NCBI GenBank assembly: GCA_963733195.1
Contig: CAVTCR010000017.1
Location: 32,001-96,000 of the forward strand
From: an uncultured delta proteobacterium
Lineage (GTDB): Bacteria > Desulfobacterota > Binatia > Bin18
Direction: 5' to 3'
Length of the DNA: 64,000 nucleotides
Both the position numbers and the translations under genes were made by a program. Shown piece after piece: positions 59,519 to 64,000 of this stretch. Each line of letters begins with the position of its first letter. Within the stretch, counting starts at the first letter, position 1. The notes under the pieces were generated by a model that made no database searches, was not told the DNA's origin, and saw only the letters and a list, made by a program, of their open reading frames with translations.

Positions 59519-60001
59519 ATGTCTGTACAGTTTTCTGACACAACGCAGAAGAAGTTCGAAGAGATCCTGACGCATTATCCCAACAAGCGGGCGGCGTTGT
59601 TGCCGACCTTTTGGTTGGCGCAAGGTGAGTTCGGGTATCTCAGCCTGGAAGTGATGGAGTATATCGCCAAGTTGCTGGGGCTCTCACCGGCCTATGTCGG
59701 TGCCGTGGCGTCGTTCTACACCATGTATAACAAGACGCCGGTGGGCAAGTTTCATGTTCAGGTCTGTACCAACCTCTCGTGTACGTTAATGGGAGCAGAG
59801 GACATTGTCGCCTGCGTAGAGAAAAAACTGGGCGTCGGTGTGGGGCAGACAACAGTAGACAAAAAATTCACCCTCAGTGAAGTCGAGTGCTTAGGATCAT
59901 GTGGCACGGCTCCGGTGGCACAAATTAACGACGACTATTACGAGAACCTGACCCAAGAAGGGGTTGTGCGATTGCTTGACCAATTGGTGACGCAGAAGTG
60001 A
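59519..60001 (+). CDS. nuoE: NADH-quinone oxidoreductase subunit E
   Basis: VASFYTMY, CTNLSC...ECLGSCGTAP [2Fe-2S] motif. Confidence 0.95.
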   Translation: MSVQFSDTTQKKFEEILTHYPNKRAALLPTFWLAQGEFGYLSLEVMEYIAKLLGLSPAYVGAVASFYTMYNKTPVGKFHVQVCTNLSCTLMGAEDIVACVEKKLGVGVGQTTVDKKFTLSEVECLGSCGTAPVAQINDDYYENLTQEGVVRLLDQLVTQK

Positions 60002-60033
60002 GGGCAGTTCGGCGCGTGTGAGATTGCGTTTTT

Positions 60034-61170
60034 ATGGATTCAACTACTCTTCTGATCGACGTTGTTTTGGTTCTCTTCGTGTTCGGCATGGTCATGCAGA
60101 TTGCCCCGCTGCTCTTATGGATTGAGCGCAAGGGAAGTGCGGTCCTGCAAGATCGCATTGGCGCAAACCGAGTCCGTATATCGGACATTCCTCTTTTCAA
60201 AGGACGCCTCGGGAAACTCCCTTTCAATGTCGGGATCGTGAACACGTTAATTGCCGACCCGATCAAGTTGTTCACCAAAGAAGATTTCGTTCCTCCCGGC
60301 GCTGACAAACTCTTACATACACTTGCGCCCATTTTGGCGCTGGTACCGGCACTGATCACCATGATGGTGGTGCCATTCGGTGATGTGATTACCATCGCCG
60401 GACGGACGATCGAACTCCAGGCGGCACGACTCAATGTTGGCATTCTCTACATCTTAGCGATGGTGTCCCTTGGTGTGTACGGTATCGTGCTGGCGGGATG
60501 GGCATCAAACAATCGTTGGGCGCTCCTTGGCGGTATTCGTGCTTCTGCGCAAATGATTTCCTACGAAATCGCTATGGGACTTGCGCTCATTGGTGTCGTG
60601 CTGACGTACGGGACGATTGATCTGCAGGAAATTAACCGTGCCCAAGGCGGACTCATCCTGGGTGCCTTGCCGAACTGGGGTATTTTCTATCAGCCGCTGG
60701 CGTTCCTTATCTTCTTGACGGCAGGGATCGCGGAAAGTAAACGTGCACCGTTCGATCTCCCTGAAGCAGAGCCTGAGCTGATTTCCGGATACTTCACCGA
60801 ATATTCCGGGGCGAAGCAGTCGATCTTCATGTTGGTGGACTTCCTTGAATCGCTTATTGTTGCGGCCTTGGTGACCACGCTGTTCTTCGGTGGATGGCAA
60901 GTGCCGTTGTTGGAACGTGATGGTTTGCACTTCCCCTGGGGAGGCTTCATGCCGCTACCCCAGATCCTTGTTGCCATCATTCAGGTCCATGCGTTCATCA
61001 TCAAAGTTCTTTTCTTCTGTTGGCTACAGATCATGATCCGCTGGACATTGCCGCGCTTTCGCTATGACCAGTTGATGGCCCTGGGGTGGAAGATCTTATT
61101 ACCGCTTGCTTTGGTAAACGTTATGCTCACTGCACTGGTGCTCTTAATCGCTCAAAATCTCGCTTCATAA
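60034..61170 (+). CDS. nuoH: NADH-quinone oxidoreductase subunit H
   Basis: ERKGSAVLQDRIG, AQMISYE, RAPFDLPEAE, EYSG, PRFRYDQLM. Confidence 0.96.
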   Translation: MDSTTLLIDVVLVLFVFGMVMQIAPLLLWIERKGSAVLQDRIGANRVRISDIPLFKGRLGKLPFNVGIVNTLIADPIKLFTKEDFVPPGADKLLHTLAPILALVPALITMMVVPFGDVITIAGRTIELQAARLNVGILYILAMVSLGVYGIVLAGWASNNRWALLGGIRASAQMISYEIAMGLALIGVVLTYGTIDLQEINRAQGGLILGALPNWGIFYQPLAFLIFLTAGIAESKRAPFDLPEAEPELISGYFTEYSGAKQSIFMLVDFLESLIVAALVTTLFFGGWQVPLLERDGLHFPWGGFMPLPQILVAIIQVHAFIIKVLFFCWLQIMIRWTLPRFRYDQLMALGWKILLPLALVNVMLTALVLLIAQNLAS

Positions 61171-61172
61171 AT

Positions 61173-61679
61173 ATGGATCTCTTTACTTTCATTATTCTCG
61201 CGATTTTGATGGTCGGCTCGGCAGTGGCTGTAGTCCTCCACCCGAGTCCGGTCTACAGCGCGCTCTCTTTAGTGGTCCTGATGAGTCTGCTGGCGGTGTA
61301 CTTTCTCTTCCTGAATGCCCATATGGTCGGGGCGTTGCAGATTATCGTCTATGCGGGTGCGGTGATGGTATTGTTCTTGTTCGTCATTATGCTGTTGAAC
61401 CTCCAGTCTGATTCTCGAGAGAATCAGCAATCAGAGATGAGAACTTCTGCTGGAATCCTGTGTGCCGTACTGATTGGGGAGTTAGCGTTTTTCCTGGGAA
61501 GAGGGGGAGGGCGACTAGAATTACAGACGAGTCAACAGCAATTGCCAGAGGGGTTTGGCACCATGCAGGCGCTGAGTGAACGACTATTTACGGACTTCTT
61601 GTTACCCTTCGAAATTACGTCGGTGCTGTTGTTAGTAGCTGCGGTTGGCGCGGTCGTGTTAGCGCGACGCCAAGCGTAA
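61173..61679 (+). CDS. nuoJ: NADH-quinone oxidoreductase subunit J
   Basis: QIIVYAGAVMVLFLFVIMLL, LLPFEITSVLLL. Confidence 0.95.
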   Translation: MDLFTFIILAILMVGSAVAVVLHPSPVYSALSLVVLMSLLAVYFLFLNAHMVGALQIIVYAGAVMVLFLFVIMLLNLQSDSRENQQSEMRTSAGILCAVLIGELAFFLGRGGGRLELQTSQQQLPEGFGTMQALSERLFTDFLLPFEITSVLLLVAAVGAVVLARRQA

Positions 61680-61806
61680 AACTAGGGGTCAGGGAGTCAG
61701 GGGTTAGGGGAAATGGAAGAACTACAATCAAAGATTCCATATACTCGATCGCCTTTTTCCCTTTCGCCCCAACGAGACGCGCGGTCTGGTATTGAAAGCG
61801 AAAATT

Positions 61807-62109
61807 ATGGTCCCTACTCATTATCACCTTATCTTGAGTGCGATCTTGTTCACGATCGGGACGATGGGCGTTTTACTGCGACGGAATACCATTATCATCT
61901 TTATGTCCGTTGAGCTGATGCTCAACGCAGTGAATCTCTCGTTTGTGGCGTTGGCTCAGCATTGGGGTTCAATGGATGGACAGTTGATCGTCTTCTTCGT
62001 TATGGCGGTTGCTGCTGCTGAAGCTGCTGTCGGTCTCGCCATTATCCTCATGGTCTTCCGCACCAAGGAGACAGTGAACGCTGACGAACTCAACCTCATG
62101 CGCGGGTAG
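61807..62109 (+). CDS. nuoK: NADH-quinone oxidoreductase subunit K
   Basis: [23 protein letters not shown]. Confidence 0.96.
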   Translation: MVPTHYHLILSAILFTIGTMGVLLRRNTIIIFMSVELMLNAVNLSFVALAQHWGSMDGQLIVFFVMAVAAAEAAVGLAIILMVFRTKETVNADELNLMRG

Positions 62110-62122
62110 CAACGAAATCACC

Positions 62123-64000
62123 ATGGAACACGCACACACAGCAACCCAAGCAACCATACAAGCAGTTACCTATCTGCGCTGGATTGTTTTCCTTCCTCTC
62201 ATTGGTGTTCTCTTCAATATCTTCTTCGCCCCCAAGTTCGGCAGAAGAGTGGTCAACTTAGTTGCTCCTGGGGTGATCCTGGCTGCTTTTGCTTTCTCCT
62301 GGACGGCATTTGAGCAACTGAGCGAGCTCCCACCCGGTAGTGCGTTGGTGGATAACATTTACCCGTGGATTACCGCAGGGCAATTACATGTTGACTTTGC
62401 ACTGCGGGTCGATGCCCTCACGGCAGTGATGATCCTCATCATTACTGGGGTAGGCGCGCTGATTCACATCTACTCGACTGGATACATGGCGCACGACGAA
62501 GATGTCGCCCGTTACTTCACCTATCTCAACTTGTTTACGGCCTCGATGCTCTTGTTGGTGCTGGGAGAAAACCTGCTCCTGCTTTTTGTCGGCTGGGAAG
62601 GGGTGGGATTGTGTTCCTACCTACTTATCGGCTTTTGGTATACCGATGACGAAAAAGCCAGTGCCGGGAAGAAAGCGTTCATCGTCAATCGCATTGGTGA
62701 TGCCGGGTTTTTACTTGGCATGTTCCTTCTCTTCTGGACACTGGTCGCCAACGGGGTATGGACCCTCTCGATTAGTGAAATGCAGCGTGCGATCGCCGAA
62801 CATCCTGGGATCATTTCTGGAGGTATCGCTACCGCGGTCTGTCTCCTGCTCTTTGTTGGGGCAACAGGAAAGTCGGCTCAGGTTCCGCTCTATGTGTGGC
62901 TTCCCGATGCCATGGCCGGTCCGACACCAGTGAGTGCGCTCATCCACGCTGCGACGATGGTGACGGCGGGTGTTTACATGATCGCTCGCCTGCATTTTCT
63001 GTACGAGCTTTCACCGACTGCGTTAAGTTGGGTGTCGTGGATTGCTGCCATCACTGCCATTCTCGCAGCCTCCATCGCCCTGGTACAAACAGATATTAAG
63101 AAAGTTCTGGCTTATTCTACGGTCAGCCAACTCGGCTATATGTTTTTAGGGGTGGGAGTTGGCGCATATGGAGCCGGCATTTTCCACTTAATGACGCACG
63201 CGTTCTTCAAAGCCCTCCTCTTCCTTGGTGCGGGCAGCGTGATTCACGGTATGAGCGAGGAACAGGATATCCGCAAAATGGGCGGTCTACTGAAAAGGAT
63301 GCCAATCACCGGATGGACATTCCTCCTTGATTGGCTGTATTGCGATTGCTGGGGTGCCGGGTTTTTCTGGGTATTACAGTAAAGATTTGATTCTTGAAGA
63401 GGTCTATGCTGGTCCGCACGCTCAGCCCCTGTTGTATTGGGTAGGCACAATCGGCGCTGGTATGACCGCTTTTTATATGTTTCGGCTTTTTCTTGTGACG
63501 TTCTGGGGAAGCGAGATTCGCGCGAGCCACGATGTTGTCCATCATGTTCATGAGTCACCGTGGTCGATGACAATTCCTCTCATTATTCTTGCCGTGTTTT
63601 CGGTTTTTGGTGGCACCCTTCCACTCATCCCCTGGTTATCTCCTCTCTTCCATGCCGGACATGTCGAAGTCCCAGGTATGATTCGTTGGCTACCAACGAT
63701 TGCAGGAGCTGTCGGTATTGTGTTGGCGTTCTTTATGTATGGGACCAATGCCAAGGCAGTAGAGAAGATGAACGAAGCACCAGTCGGACTGCGCGATCTG
63801 TTATGGAACAAGTGGTATGTGGATGAAATATACGATGCAACTGTCGTCCGGTTTACCGGGTGGCTAGCAGATAGGTTCTGGAAAGACGTCGATACGAAGG
63901 TGATAGACGGAACAGTGAATGGCTCGGCGCGCCTCATGGAGTATTGGGGGTCGACTATCCGAGTATTGCAGACAGGGAATGTTCAGAATTACGCGATGTC
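62123..64000 (+). CDS. nuoL: NADH-quinone oxidoreductase subunit L (frameshifts near 63325 and 63620; runs off the window)
   Basis: GWEGVGLCSYLLIGFW, NRIGD, KSAQVPLYVWLPDAMAGPTPVSALIHAATMV, THAFFKALLFL; LQTGNVQNY at window end. Confidence 0.93.

Noticed and set aside
1-64000. CRISPR array or cas genes
   Set aside because: No run of identical 23-47 bp repeats with unique spacers seen; the repeats present are hairpins, short tandem units or one segmental duplication

Overview
64 kb of bacterial chromosome with moderate GC. Gene content suggests a deltaproteobacteria-like (possibly Binatota) genome; this is inference only. Many single-base frameshifts fall in conserved genes (nuoC/D/L), which points to long-read indel errors, so pseudogene calls based on a single frameshift are uncertain. 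In order, the window holds: (1) methyltransferase-nth-AmpG-like permease and a CAP protein; (2) a decayed patch with a NarL-type regulator, two convergent treS stubs (one fused to a glgB fragment) and a degenerate HD-GYP; (3) enoyl-CoA hydratase, His-phosphatase and GST; (4) a PadR-led operon ExbB-ExbD-[TonB-like anchor + vWA]-large TPR-ExbB-ExbD, the best candidate for an undescribed system; (5) an outer-membrane protein/cupredoxin-like/adenylate cyclase cassette; (6) a decaying ~9 kb DNA-phosphorothioation-related defence island (TA pairs, recombinase stub, 5'-truncated dndE, SBD-HNH nuclease, DGQHR remnant, and a partly duplicated PT-associated methyltransferase with an M15-like tail); (7) a NorD-like vWA protein, rlmE, and a regulator region rich in TGTCA motifs; (8) an FG-GAP protein and a TolC/MacA/ABC cluster with no permease; (9) TldD/PmbA and small enzymes; (10) two tandem ExeA-type ATPase-ankyrin fusions next to tRNA-Asn; (11) recR-ybaB-dnaX-ffs-tRNA-Ser; (12) a nuo operon running A-C-D-E-H-J-K-L with no nuoB, F, G or I. 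No CRISPR array or rRNA was seen.
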